From the NCBI GenBank assembly GCA_023475225.1, contig JAMCVK010000028.1:9962-73961 (forward strand): 64,000 nucleotides of DNA, written 5' to 3'. Below the pieces are notes generated by a model that saw only the letters and a program-made list of their open reading frames with translations, had not been told where the DNA came from and ran no database searches. Shown here in pieces: positions 37,314 to 46,049 of the stretch; positions within the stretch are counted from its first letter, which is position 1; the number at the start of each line of letters is the position of its first letter. The position numbers and the translations under genes were made by a program. The stretch is from Chloroflexota bacterium (GTDB lineage: Bacteria > Chloroflexota > UBA6077 > FW602-bin22 > JAMCVK01).

Positions 37314-37666
37314 TTACCGGAATTCAAATCGTCGCCGTCGTTTTCAGCTTTCTAATGCTTTATATTACCTTTCTTCACTTCAAGCGCCGGGAACTTACTA
37401 CTAGGGAGACACTGTTTTTCGGACTTCTTTGGGTAGGAGCCATTTTCCTGACTATTTTCCCTAAGAGCGTGGATTTCCTTTTGAAAACGTTTCGCATATT
37501 GCGCCTTATGGACCTAGCCACCATAGTGGGCTTTATGGTCCTAATCGCTCTTTCCTTTCACAATTTCCTTACCATTCGTAAACTTGAGGAAAAAATAGAA
37601 AAGCTGGTGCGCTATAATGCCTTGAACAAGATAGACAAGCCAGAAGGCGATGAAAAACTATCCTAA
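37310..37666 (+). CDS. Small 4-TM membrane protein (DUF2304-like) coupled to the polyprenol-phosphate GT2.
   Basis: The ATG at 37310 forms an ATGA overlap with the GT2 stop. The listed 37295 is an alternative start. 118 aa with hydrophobic segments and a charged C-terminal tail. Confidence 0.6.
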   Translation: MITGIQIVAVVFSFLMLYITFLHFKRRELTTRETLFFGLLWVGAIFLTIFPKSVDFLLKTFRILRLMDLATIVGFMVLIALSFHNFLTIRKLEEKIEKLVRYNALNKIDKPEGDEKLS

Positions 37667-38435
37667 AATCTCGGTTGTCACCCCATCGTTCAACCAGGCC
37701 GCTTTCATTGAACGAACGATTAAGAGCATTTTGAGGCAAAATTATCCAGATCTTGAGTACATCATTATGGATGGTGGTTCAACCGATGGAACTGTGGAGA
37801 TCCTGAAGAAATACGAGGACAAAATTATCTGGAAATCCGAGAAGGATAGAGGACAAGCCCACGCCATCAATAAGGGGTTAGCCCTGGCCACCGGGGATAT
37901 CCTGGCTTATCTTAATTCAGACGATGCTTATGAGGACAAAACCCTTCTTAAAATAGCCGAGTTCTTCCAAAGGCACCCTGAAACCAAATGGATCTATGGA
38001 AAGTGTCGCATCGTTGACGAAAGCTCTAGAGAGATTCGTCATTGGATTACCGCCTATAAGAATTTCTTTCTCACCAGATATAATTACGGTGCCCTTTTGG
38101 TTTTGAACTTCCTTTCCCAACCGGCCGTTTTTTGGCGGCGACAAATCCTGGATGAATGCGGCTTTTTTGACGAAAGGGAATATTATGTAATGGATTACGA
38201 ATACTGGCTCAGGATCGGCCAAAAATATAAACCGGGTGTCATCAATGATTATCTAGCCTCATATCGGATCCATCCCTCAGCCAAGAGCACGTCATCCTTT
38301 GGCAAACACTATTCCCAAGAAATTGAGGTGGCCAAAAGGTACACCCAAAACCCAGTCCTCATTCTCCTACATCACCTTAACTTTTTCAGTATTCTTTTTA
38401 CTTATAATCTTCTTAAGGTTCTGAGAGGTAGTTGA
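37650..38435 (+). CDS. Glycosyltransferase, GT2 family.
   Basis: ISVVTPSFNQAAFIERTIKSILRQNYPDLEYIIMDGGSTDGT and LNSDDAY. Confidence 0.8.
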   Translation: MKNYPKISVVTPSFNQAAFIERTIKSILRQNYPDLEYIIMDGGSTDGTVEILKKYEDKIIWKSEKDRGQAHAINKGLALATGDILAYLNSDDAYEDKTLLKIAEFFQRHPETKWIYGKCRIVDESSREIRHWITAYKNFFLTRYNYGALLVLNFLSQPAVFWRRQILDECGFFDEREYYVMDYEYWLRIGQKYKPGVINDYLASYRIHPSAKSTSSFGKHYSQEIEVAKRYTQNPVLILLHHLNFFSILFTYNLLKVLRGS

Positions 38436-39037
38436 CCATGACACAGCCACGTGAGGGCGAGACAAGACCTGAGTCCTACAAACTGGAGCTATGCGGCCTG
38501 TCCAGATATCTTCCTCTAGTAGAGATAGAGAAGGACATCTGGGTCTATAGCTTCGTCATGCTGGGCGATACAGAACTGGTGGAGACGACCGCCGGCGCTT
38601 TAGCCAAAAGGCTGGCTGGCTATGAACCTGATTACCTTGTATCAGTTGAGGTTAAGGCTATTCCCCTTGTTCAGGTTCTTTCCGCACTCCTGAGCCGCCT
38701 GCATTGCCGTCCCATACCCTACATCGTCTGTCGCAAAAGCATCAAGGGCTATATGAAGGACTACCTGTTGGTGGAGGGCACGAAGTCGATTACTACGCGG
38801 GAGCAGCAGATGCTAGTCCTGGACGGTCCTGATGTGGCCAAAATACGGGGGAAGAAGGTGATAGTGATTGATGACGTTGTCTCTACTGGCGGTACCCTTG
38901 AAAGTGTAAAGACCCTGTTGCACCAGGCTGGTGCAGAGATCATCGCTATTGCCGCCGTTCTCCAGGAGGGGCGCACCTACCAAGGTGAGGGTCTGATTTA
39001 CCTGGCTTACCTACCATTGCCAAACGAGCAGGAGTGA
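38432..39037 (+). CDS. Type I phosphoribosyltransferase-fold protein (adenine-PRT-like).
   Basis: PRPP-binding loop KKVIVIDDVVSTGGTL. Start is TTG 38432 (overlapping the upstream stop) or ATG 38438. Confidence 0.65.
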   Translation: MTMTQPREGETRPESYKLELCGLSRYLPLVEIEKDIWVYSFVMLGDTELVETTAGALAKRLAGYEPDYLVSVEVKAIPLVQVLSALLSRLHCRPIPYIVCRKSIKGYMKDYLLVEGTKSITTREQQMLVLDGPDVAKIRGKKVIVIDDVVSTGGTLESVKTLLHQAGAEIIAIAAVLQEGRTYQGEGLIYLAYLPLPNEQE

Positions 39038-39152
39038 TTATTATGGGAGACCGTTTGGCGCTCAGTAGGCTTAAACAGACTGGCCTGACCGATGAATGAC
39101 CGCTTGAGAGCTAGCCCGATCCCCAATCAAAGGACCAGGCACACCCCAGCCT

Positions 39153-39827
39153 CTACTCCTCGATGACGAACTCAAAGACAAGGAACGAAACAACCAAAAA
39201 GATCACGTCGAAAGCGATGAGTAGATTCAACCAGGAGGCGAAGTCGCTCCAGGGCTTATCCTCCAGGATGAATCCTGTAGACTTCACCGCCGCCACAATG
39301 ACGGGCATCACCACCGGAAAGAGCAAAATCGGCAGCATAACTTCCCGCGTTCTCGTATTGACCGCCATAGCCGAGAAGAGGGTGCCTACCGAAGCGAAGC
39401 CAACTGTTCCCAGAAAGATGACGAGCAGAAGGCGCGGCATCAAAATGGGCAGGTTGAAGAAGACAGAGAAGAAGGGCAAGGTGATCGCCTCTACAACAAA
39501 CATAAAGGTGATATTTCCCAACATCTTGCCCAGGTAGACTGCACTTCTGTCTACCGGACAAAGCATCAACCCCTCCAGGCAGCCCTTATCCTTCTCCAAG
39601 ACGAAGGCCCGATTAAGTCCCAGAACACCAGCAAAGGTAAATGCTACCCAAAGAACACCTGGGGCAATAGCCAGCACATTCTCCACCCTCAACTCAAAGG
39701 CGAAGTTGAAGATGATGACCACCAGCAGTGCGAAAATGAACATCGCGCTGAAAAGCTCCTTTGTCCGTAGTTCAGAAATTATGTCCTTAACCAGAATGGC
39801 TATGACCTTCCCCACAAAGCCGTTCAA
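39153..39827 (-). CDS. ccmB: Heme exporter membrane protein CcmB.
   Basis: 224 aa, 6 TM. The N-terminus ..ILVKDIISELRTKELFSAMFIFALLVVIIFNFAF is typical of CcmB. Overlaps the ABC ATPase gene by 4 nt. Confidence 0.75.
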   Translation of the reverse strand: MNGFVGKVIAILVKDIISELRTKELFSAMFIFALLVVIIFNFAFELRVENVLAIAPGVLWVAFTFAGVLGLNRAFVLEKDKGCLEGLMLCPVDRSAVYLGKMLGNITFMFVVEAITLPFFSVFFNLPILMPRLLLVIFLGTVGFASVGTLFSAMAVNTRTREVMLPILLFPVVMPVIVAAVKSTGFILEDKPWSDFASWLNLLIAFDVIFLVVSFLVFEFVIEE

Positions 39828-40561
39828 GGCATCGTTCCTACGTAGGTTTGATACAGCACTCGAAAATTGTCTGTGCTCAGCGCCTCTTTTCGCTCGTCGT
39901 GTACAACCCTACCCTCACTGAGAATCAGGGTGCGACTACAAATAGACAGCCCTAGATCAAGGTCATGAGTGGTCATCAGAATGGTACATCCCTCTTGATG
40001 CATCTGCTCTAATATCTCTCTTAGTATTTGCAAGGCTTGTTCATCTAGTCCCGTATCGGGCTCATCGAGAAGCATGACCTGGGGTCGGTGCAGGATGGCC
40101 CGAGCGAGGGAAAGCCTTTGCTGCATACCTCGTGAGAGGGTGCGCACCCGGTCGCTGCGGCGATGTTTAAGACCAACCAGATGAATGACCTCATCAATCC
40201 TCCTGGCCAATCCCTGCACATCGTACATCTTGCCATAGAAGCGGAGATTTTCTTCGGCTGTTAGGTCATCATAGAGGAAGGTTTGATGAGAGACAACCCC
40301 GATACACCGTCTTACCTTGACCGGATCTTGGCGAATATCCCAGCCAAGAAGGGATACTTGGCCAGAAGTTGGTTTACTGAGCGTGGATAACACCTTGATC
40401 AAAGTCGTCTTGCCGGCCCCATTCGGCCCAAAAAGACAGACAAACCCACCCCGCAGTATAGCCAGGTTGACACCCCTTAGAGCCAGGGTTCGACCAAACG
40501 ACTTCGTGAGTGACTCCGCATAGATGGCCCATTCGGTAGAGGACACGTCTTCACGCTCCAC
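39824..40561 (-). CDS. ccmA: ABC ATP-binding protein, CcmA-like.
   Basis: Walker A GPNGAGKTT, signature LSRGMQQRLSLA, Walker B LLDEPDTGLD. Sits directly upstream of ccmB. Confidence 0.7.
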   Translation of the reverse strand: MEREDVSSTEWAIYAESLTKSFGRTLALRGVNLAILRGGFVCLFGPNGAGKTTLIKVLSTLSKPTSGQVSLLGWDIRQDPVKVRRCIGVVSHQTFLYDDLTAEENLRFYGKMYDVQGLARRIDEVIHLVGLKHRRSDRVRTLSRGMQQRLSLARAILHRPQVMLLDEPDTGLDEQALQILREILEQMHQEGCTILMTTHDLDLGLSICSRTLILSEGRVVHDERKEALSTDNFRVLYQTYVGTMP

Positions 40562-40569
40562 AGCGTCGT

Positions 40570-41778
40570 TTACGCCTCCCGCTGCAACTGAGCCATCACA
40601 TCCAACAATTCCTGCTTCTTCGCTGCTCGCAGCGACAAGTATTGTTCTTTTCCTATTCGGCCTTCCTCATATTGATCATCGAGCTCAGCGATCTCTTCTA
40701 AGAGACCCTGCTTTCGCAGTTCCCCTTCGGCTGATAGACCCCGCTTCTTTGCAGGAGCCAGGCCGGTCGGAAGACCTTTCCTGTTGAGACGGAAGAGGAC
40801 GATAGCTAGACTCAGTATGCCGAGAAGTAGAATGGGAATGCCCCACGTTAGTGCTTCACCAGTACCCGTGGGAGTAGAGACCTGCTGCGGCAGGCCTGAG
40901 AGGTTTATGGTGATCTCGCTATTTCGGGCAATCTTTTGCCCGGAAAGGTGAAGGAACTTCTTGCCTGCGCTCTCAATCGCCGGCTGTGAGACAAGCTGAT
41001 CACTCCGCACATAGAAGCCAGCATCAGCCAGGAAAACATTCAGATTTTCGATGGCGTACTTTGACAGCCAATGGAGCAGGTACTGTGGTCCGTCGTAGGT
41101 GAGGTCATAACGAAAGATGACCGCCGAGATTCCAGGTGGCAGAGCACCCGTCTCGACAAAACCACGTTCGCTCCTTATCAAATCTCCATCCAGCAGCCCT
41201 TGCTCGATGGTCGGGTTGTTCGCCCCAACGGGCAGGTAGAAGGTCAAGGTTCCCTTCCTTCCTTCTGTCAATAACGCCTGAGAACCAATATATGACCTAT
41301 CAGAGCTGTTCTGAAACTGCCAGACTTCAGAGACCAATAGAGCCCTTCGCGCCGCATCAACATCCAGGAAAATATGCAAGCGAGGCACTGAGACTACAGC
41401 ATCGTTGTCAGTAGGCTCATAAATGGCTATCTGTAAAGACTTTTCTGTCTCATTCTGGCCGAAAGTGAGGGGTTCACTGCTATAGGTGACGCCTCGATAA
41501 GGCGTGGAGACGACGTAAACATACTCAGATCCGGTAGACAGTCCAGTAAAAACGAAGTTGCCCTCAGGGTCACTCCTGATTACCCTTTTGTCCTTCTCAG
41601 CGAAGTCAACGAAGATGTGGAGAGTAACCTCTTGATTGCTGGGGACATCTCCACCGCTCGTCTTATTGCTTATTTTGCCTTTGATCGTACCATCAGCGGC
41701 CAGGGCTGGGTGAACAACAGCGAAGAGTAGGGCGAAAAATATGGCCATAGTAGCCAGCCTTGAGCGGATAAAGGTCAC
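40570..41778 (-). CDS. Hypothetical secreted/membrane-anchored protein: signal peptide, CarboxypepD_reg-like beta domain, one C-terminal TM segment and a cytoplasmic SHOCT-like helix.
   Basis: The GTG at 41778, 2 nt after the upstream stop, gives TFIRSRLATMAIFFALLFAVVHPALA as a signal peptide. The listed start at 41946 overlaps the upstream gene. TM segment WGIPILLLGILSLAIVLF. Tail IAELDDQYEEGRIGKEQYLSLRAAKKQELL. Confidence 0.5.
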   Translation of the reverse strand: MTFIRSRLATMAIFFALLFAVVHPALAADGTIKGKISNKTSGGDVPSNQEVTLHIFVDFAEKDKRVIRSDPEGNFVFTGLSTGSEYVYVVSTPYRGVTYSSEPLTFGQNETEKSLQIAIYEPTDNDAVVSVPRLHIFLDVDAARRALLVSEVWQFQNSSDRSYIGSQALLTEGRKGTLTFYLPVGANNPTIEQGLLDGDLIRSERGFVETGALPPGISAVIFRYDLTYDGPQYLLHWLSKYAIENLNVFLADAGFYVRSDQLVSQPAIESAGKKFLHLSGQKIARNSEITINLSGLPQQVSTPTGTGEALTWGIPILLLGILSLAIVLFRLNRKGLPTGLAPAKKRGLSAEGELRKQGLLEEIAELDDQYEEGRIGKEQYLSLRAAKKQELLDVMAQLQREA

Positions 41779-41779
41779 T

Positions 41780-42313
41780 TTAACCAAGTTTTGCCCCACA
41801 TTTGGAACAATAGCGATCAGTTGGTTCATACATCGTGCCGCACTGGGGACAGCGTAAGACGAGGGAGGCACCACATACAGAGCAGAAATCATCCTGCGGA
41901 TCACTTGGCGCTCCACAGCGGGGACACGCTTGCCCCCGAGCCACACCCGATTCCTTGGCTCTCAGCTGTCGTTTTCTCCGACGCAGAGCAGTAACTTCTT
42001 GTTCGATCTGCTCGGCCATTGCACCCCGTTTCGCTCCCTGTGCTTGATCTATCTCTCTCAGAAGAGCCACGGCCTTGCGTTTATATCGCTCCAATAAATC
42101 CCTGTAGTCGTCTTCCGACAGACCACCGGCCTGACGATCGAACTCCAATTCCTTAATGGCTGCATAAGTAGCATCTCGTCTGGCTAGCAGATTCTCTAGA
42201 TCCTTGTCCATCGCTGGTTCTTCAGCAACCATTGCAACGCGCCCCCTGAACAAAGGGTAGGCCACATAACCCAAGGCCAGAAGGACCAGTATAAAACCGA
42301 TGCCTATCCCCAT
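41780..42313 (-). CDS. Membrane-anchored protein with a CcmI-N/SHOCT-like helix and a C-terminal double zinc ribbon.
   Basis: 177 aa. N-terminal TM GIGFILVLLALGYVAYPLF. IKELEFDRQAGGLSEDDYRDLLERYKRKAVALL. CPRCG..FCSVCG and CPQCG..YCSKCG. Confidence 0.55.
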   Translation of the reverse strand: MGIGIGFILVLLALGYVAYPLFRGRVAMVAEEPAMDKDLENLLARRDATYAAIKELEFDRQAGGLSEDDYRDLLERYKRKAVALLREIDQAQGAKRGAMAEQIEQEVTALRRRKRQLRAKESGVARGQACPRCGAPSDPQDDFCSVCGASLVLRCPQCGTMYEPTDRYCSKCGAKLG

Positions 42314-42328
42314 ATCCCCGACTCCTTC

Positions 42329-42793
42329 TCAGAACTGATCCAGCTCTTTCTGCAACCGCTCTTCGTATTCGTCCTTCTCTCTTTCATCAATGGATGACTC
42401 CAGAACGGGGCTGGGCCTGTCCTTCCTCACCCATACTCGCACCAACAAATAGAGAGCTAATCCACCGCCCAAGATAGCCATAAAGGGCGTGGCCCAAGCC
42501 GTGAGGTTAAAGCCTGTCTTCGTTGGTGCGGCCAGCGCCTTCTCACCATAGCGCTCCATGAAACTCTGAATGATTTGCCCCGGGGTCTGCCCTTGTCCCA
42601 GCTTTGTCTGTATCTCTTCGCGGAACTGTTGGGCCGTACTGCAATCACAAGTGCTGAGCACCATAGTGCAGCCACATTGACACATCAGCTGCCTGGCTAT
42701 CTCATCAACCCTTTGGTCAGCCCAAGCCGTGCTAACAGTCAAGAGGGAGAGTAACACCGCTAACAGGATAGACACTATTCCCTTTATCATCAC
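42329..42793 (-). CDS. ccmH: Cytochrome c biogenesis protein, CcmH/NrfF family.
   Basis: 154 aa. Signal sequence, a Cys-rich motif LMCQCGCTMVLSTCDC, then ..FREEIQTKLGQGQTPGQIIQSFMERYGEKALAAP and a C-terminal TM segment. 4-nt overlap with ccmF. Confidence 0.65.
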   Translation of the reverse strand: MMIKGIVSILLAVLLSLLTVSTAWADQRVDEIARQLMCQCGCTMVLSTCDCSTAQQFREEIQTKLGQGQTPGQIIQSFMERYGEKALAAPTKTGFNLTAWATPFMAILGGGLALYLLVRVWVRKDRPSPVLESSIDEREKDEYEERLQKELDQF

Positions 42794-44766
42794 TTATCCT
42801 TCCCATATTCAATGGCCAGCCTCCTCCTTTCACGGGCGTCTGGCCAAACGGCCACGACCGTTCCCAGCAATAACACGCCGCCGCCGATCCAAATCCAAAC
42901 GACCAATGGATTTACTAACACTTTGAACGTCGCTGTACCAGACTTGGCATCCCAGCCGGCTAAAATAATATATAAGTCCTCAAGAGGGGTAGTTCTAATG
43001 GCCACCTCAGTGACAGGGTTCTCATGCCCCTTGTGATAATATTTTTCCGAGGTTAGCGTGTCGATCTTCTTATCGCCACTATATACCTCTACAGTACCGG
43101 CAATGACCTGTTTGCTTGGCGTGGAATATTCGGAAAGCCCCATATACTTGAGTGTATAGTCTTTGATGGCCAGGGTATCCCCAACGGCTAAAGTAGCCTC
43201 CTTCTCAACAGGATAAAATGACGATGCTGTTATCCCTATAGCGATGAGGACGATGCCCAAATGGACAATATATCCTCCATAGCGCGGCTTATTGCTCCAA
43301 ATAAGATTGACGATAACCTTAAAAGGATTCTCCCTGGTATTCCTGTACCGAACACTTACAGCCCGACAAAAATCAAATAATATCGTGCTAACGACAAAGC
43401 CACAGGCAGTGAAGCCACCCAGAGCATAAGGTTCCCTCACACCCATGGCCCACAGGATTATGCCTAAGATGACGGCCATTATTATTGGTACCAGAAAGTT
43501 GCGCAGGAGATTTTCAACCGAAGCCTTGCGCCAACCAATAAGAGTACAAATGCCCATCAGAGCAATCAATAGACCGAATATCGGCCCGTTCACCTGATTG
43601 AAATAGGGAGCGCTGACGGTGATCTTGACCCCTCGGACGGCCTCAGAGATGAGTGGGAAGATAGTCCCCCAGAAAGTGGCGAAGGCTGCCCCGAGCAGGA
43701 TGAGATTATTTAGCAAGAAGCCGCTTTCCCTTGAGAGCATTGAATCCAGCTCATTCTCTCCCTTAAGGAGAGGCAAACGCTTTAATAAAAGCCCAAGCGA
43801 GCCCAGGAGGATAGCTGCGATCAGGGTAAGAAATGGTGGGCCAAGGGAGGTCTCCCCAAAGGCGTGCACAGAGGAAAGGATCCCACTGCGCGTAAGGAAG
43901 GTACCAAAGAGCACAAGGGTAAAGGTGATGATGATCAGTACTACATTCCAAACTTTAAGCATGCCCCGACGCTGTTGGATCATTACTGAATGTAGATAGG
44001 CCGTCCCCGTAAGCCAAGGCATCAAGGAGGCGTTCTCCACAGGGTCCCAGCCCCAGTAGCCGCCCCAGCCCAATTCGACATAAGCCCATTGCGCTCCAAG
44101 CAGATTGCCCAGCCCCAGGAAGAACCAGGCGATCAGCGTCCATCGTCGCGTGCTTCTAATCCACTCATCACTTAGCTGCCCGGAGACCAGCGCCGCCAGG
44201 CAAAAGGCGAAGGGTACAGTGAAGCCAACATAGCCCAGGTAGAGTGTTGGTGGATGGAAGAACATCCCCGGGTTCTCCAACAAAGGATTCAACCCCTGAC
44301 CATCAGCTGGAGGTGAGACGAGACGCACAAAGGGATTGGAGGCAAAGACCAGGAGGCCGAGGAAAAAGGCCTGTATGCCCATCATCACCGCCGCAACATA
44401 GGGGATGATCTTGCGGTTGCGCTTACGGTTCTGCACCAGCACGATGGCGGCGAAGATGGAGAGAACCCAAGCCCATAGTAGCAGAGAACCCTCCTGTCCA
44501 GCCCAGAAGGCGGAAATAGTATACCAGATAGACATATCCCGACTGGTATATTCGGCGACATATCTCACCCCAAAATCGTGGCTGATGAGCAGGTATATCA
44601 GAGAAACAGCCGCTACAGTAGTAAGCCCCCACACGGCCAAAACACCATTATAGGAGCTCTCCAGCATCTCTACCAAGCCACGCCGCACCCCCAACGCTGA
44701 GGCCACCATCGTATAAAGAGCAATAATAAAGGCCGCTACCAGGGCTAGCTGTCCAACATCAGTCAT
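42790..44766 (-). CDS. ccmF: Cytochrome c heme lyase subunit, CcmF/NrfE family.
   Basis: 658 aa, polytopic. WWD-type motif WGGYWGWDPVENASLMPWL. Confidence 0.8.
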   Translation of the reverse strand: MTDVGQLALVAAFIIALYTMVASALGVRRGLVEMLESSYNGVLAVWGLTTVAAVSLIYLLISHDFGVRYVAEYTSRDMSIWYTISAFWAGQEGSLLLWAWVLSIFAAIVLVQNRKRNRKIIPYVAAVMMGIQAFFLGLLVFASNPFVRLVSPPADGQGLNPLLENPGMFFHPPTLYLGYVGFTVPFAFCLAALVSGQLSDEWIRSTRRWTLIAWFFLGLGNLLGAQWAYVELGWGGYWGWDPVENASLMPWLTGTAYLHSVMIQQRRGMLKVWNVVLIIITFTLVLFGTFLTRSGILSSVHAFGETSLGPPFLTLIAAILLGSLGLLLKRLPLLKGENELDSMLSRESGFLLNNLILLGAAFATFWGTIFPLISEAVRGVKITVSAPYFNQVNGPIFGLLIALMGICTLIGWRKASVENLLRNFLVPIIMAVILGIILWAMGVREPYALGGFTACGFVVSTILFDFCRAVSVRYRNTRENPFKVIVNLIWSNKPRYGGYIVHLGIVLIAIGITASSFYPVEKEATLAVGDTLAIKDYTLKYMGLSEYSTPSKQVIAGTVEVYSGDKKIDTLTSEKYYHKGHENPVTEVAIRTTPLEDLYIILAGWDAKSGTATFKVLVNPLVVWIWIGGGVLLLGTVVAVWPDARERRRLAIEYGKDK

Positions 44767-44790
44767 CTCACCTTCCCCTAAATATAGTTC

Positions 44791-45774
44791 TTAAACTGAT
44801 CGCTTCACCTTCCGTCCACAACTTGGACAGAATCTAGCATCCTTGCGTAGTGGGGCGCCACAGTTCGAACAATAGCCTGAGGCTGATTCGATCCGCCTGC
44901 CACCGCGCCGCGTTGTTCTTGGACTGGTGATAGGAACGGTCCTTCGCGAACGTATGGCTGAATAGCCAAAGAAGAGCAAGATAACCACGGCCGCGGCGAG
45001 GAGAAGGATCAGGACTATTGTATATCCACTCGTGTCCTGAGGGCCACTTGGGGCGGATTTCTGCACCGATGGCTGGAGGTCCGTCTTTGTATACGTCATC
45101 TTAAAGGACAACAATTGTCCTGGTACGATGTTAGAGAAGTCATATTGATAATACTTGAATCCCTGCTTATCCACAAAGGACTTACTGGAGACCGGCGATA
45201 TGACAAAATTCGTCGCCTTCAGGGGCTGTTGCACCTCAATCACCAGGCTCTCAATCGAATACGGTGGTGAGAATGTGTACTGCATCGTCTTGTTCGGTGA
45301 TCCTTCCAGGGGATTGTAATAATACTCAAAGTGAAAATCAGGCAGGGGCAGATCATAGCCGAGCTCCAGGAAGTCTCCCTTTTGGATGAGAGAATGAGGC
45401 TGGGGGCGATGCTCGCCGTTCGAAGTGACAGCGCAGGTAGAGCCGATCTCCGCTCCATTCGGCACAAGGAAGGCTACCTTCGCTGGCAGGGCTGCGTCAG
45501 CCAGTCTCCCGCTATAAATGACTAACACCCGTGGGTCATCGTATTCGGGCCAAATGGAGACCCTCAACTCCTTGAGGCGCAAAGAGGTAGGTCCCTCAGC
45601 TCTGGCCATCGGCATCTGCAAGGAGAGAAGAGAAACCAGGAGAGCGACGAGCAGGAAAACTAACCTGAGGTGCTTCACTTTGAAGGCAGCGGAAGACCGC
45701 CTATCCGTATCTTTAGGACGATCGTCGTTCATATTCCATCTTCCAAAGAGGATCCAATCATTCGTGCTAGACAC
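44791..45774 (-). CDS. Hypothetical membrane-anchored protein with a C-terminal zinc ribbon.
   Basis: Signal/TM LVFLLVALLVSLLSLQMPMARA, an extracytoplasmic domain, TM IVLILLLAAAVVILLFF, then YCSNCG..FCPSCG. The ATG at 45732 (MNDDRPK) is an alternative to the listed GTG at 45774. Confidence 0.5.
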   Translation of the reverse strand: MSSTNDWILFGRWNMNDDRPKDTDRRSSAAFKVKHLRLVFLLVALLVSLLSLQMPMARAEGPTSLRLKELRVSIWPEYDDPRVLVIYSGRLADAALPAKVAFLVPNGAEIGSTCAVTSNGEHRPQPHSLIQKGDFLELGYDLPLPDFHFEYYYNPLEGSPNKTMQYTFSPPYSIESLVIEVQQPLKATNFVISPVSSKSFVDKQGFKYYQYDFSNIVPGQLLSFKMTYTKTDLQPSVQKSAPSGPQDTSGYTIVLILLLAAAVVILLFFGYSAIRSRRTVPITSPRTTRRGGRRIESASGYCSNCGAPLRKDARFCPSCGRKVKRSV

Positions 45775-45890
45775 CTATTCTAGCGAAAGTGGACAAGGAA
45801 GGCAACTACACTCAGTTTTTGCGCCAACGGATCGTTACCAGGATAATAATTTACTGGAGGATCGAAGATTCTTTGAATTGGTTGAGAAGA

Positions 45891-45943
45891 GCCGGTATTC
45901 CTTATAAAAGAGGTTGGACAAAAAGCCGAGGAGGAATACCGGC
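45891..45943. repeat. Perfect 12-bp inverted repeat (stem-loop) in a 275-nt unannotated spacer.
   Basis: gccggtattcct (45891-45902) and aggaataccggc (45932-45943), separated by 29 nt. Confidence 0.7.
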
Positions 45944-46049
45944 CATGGATATATCATACAAGGGGATCTATGTCTTGAACAAGGAAGAGGCGAGAAACCC
46001 CATGAGAACTGCCGGAACAAGCCTCAAGACTGAGATCTACGGGCAGCCC

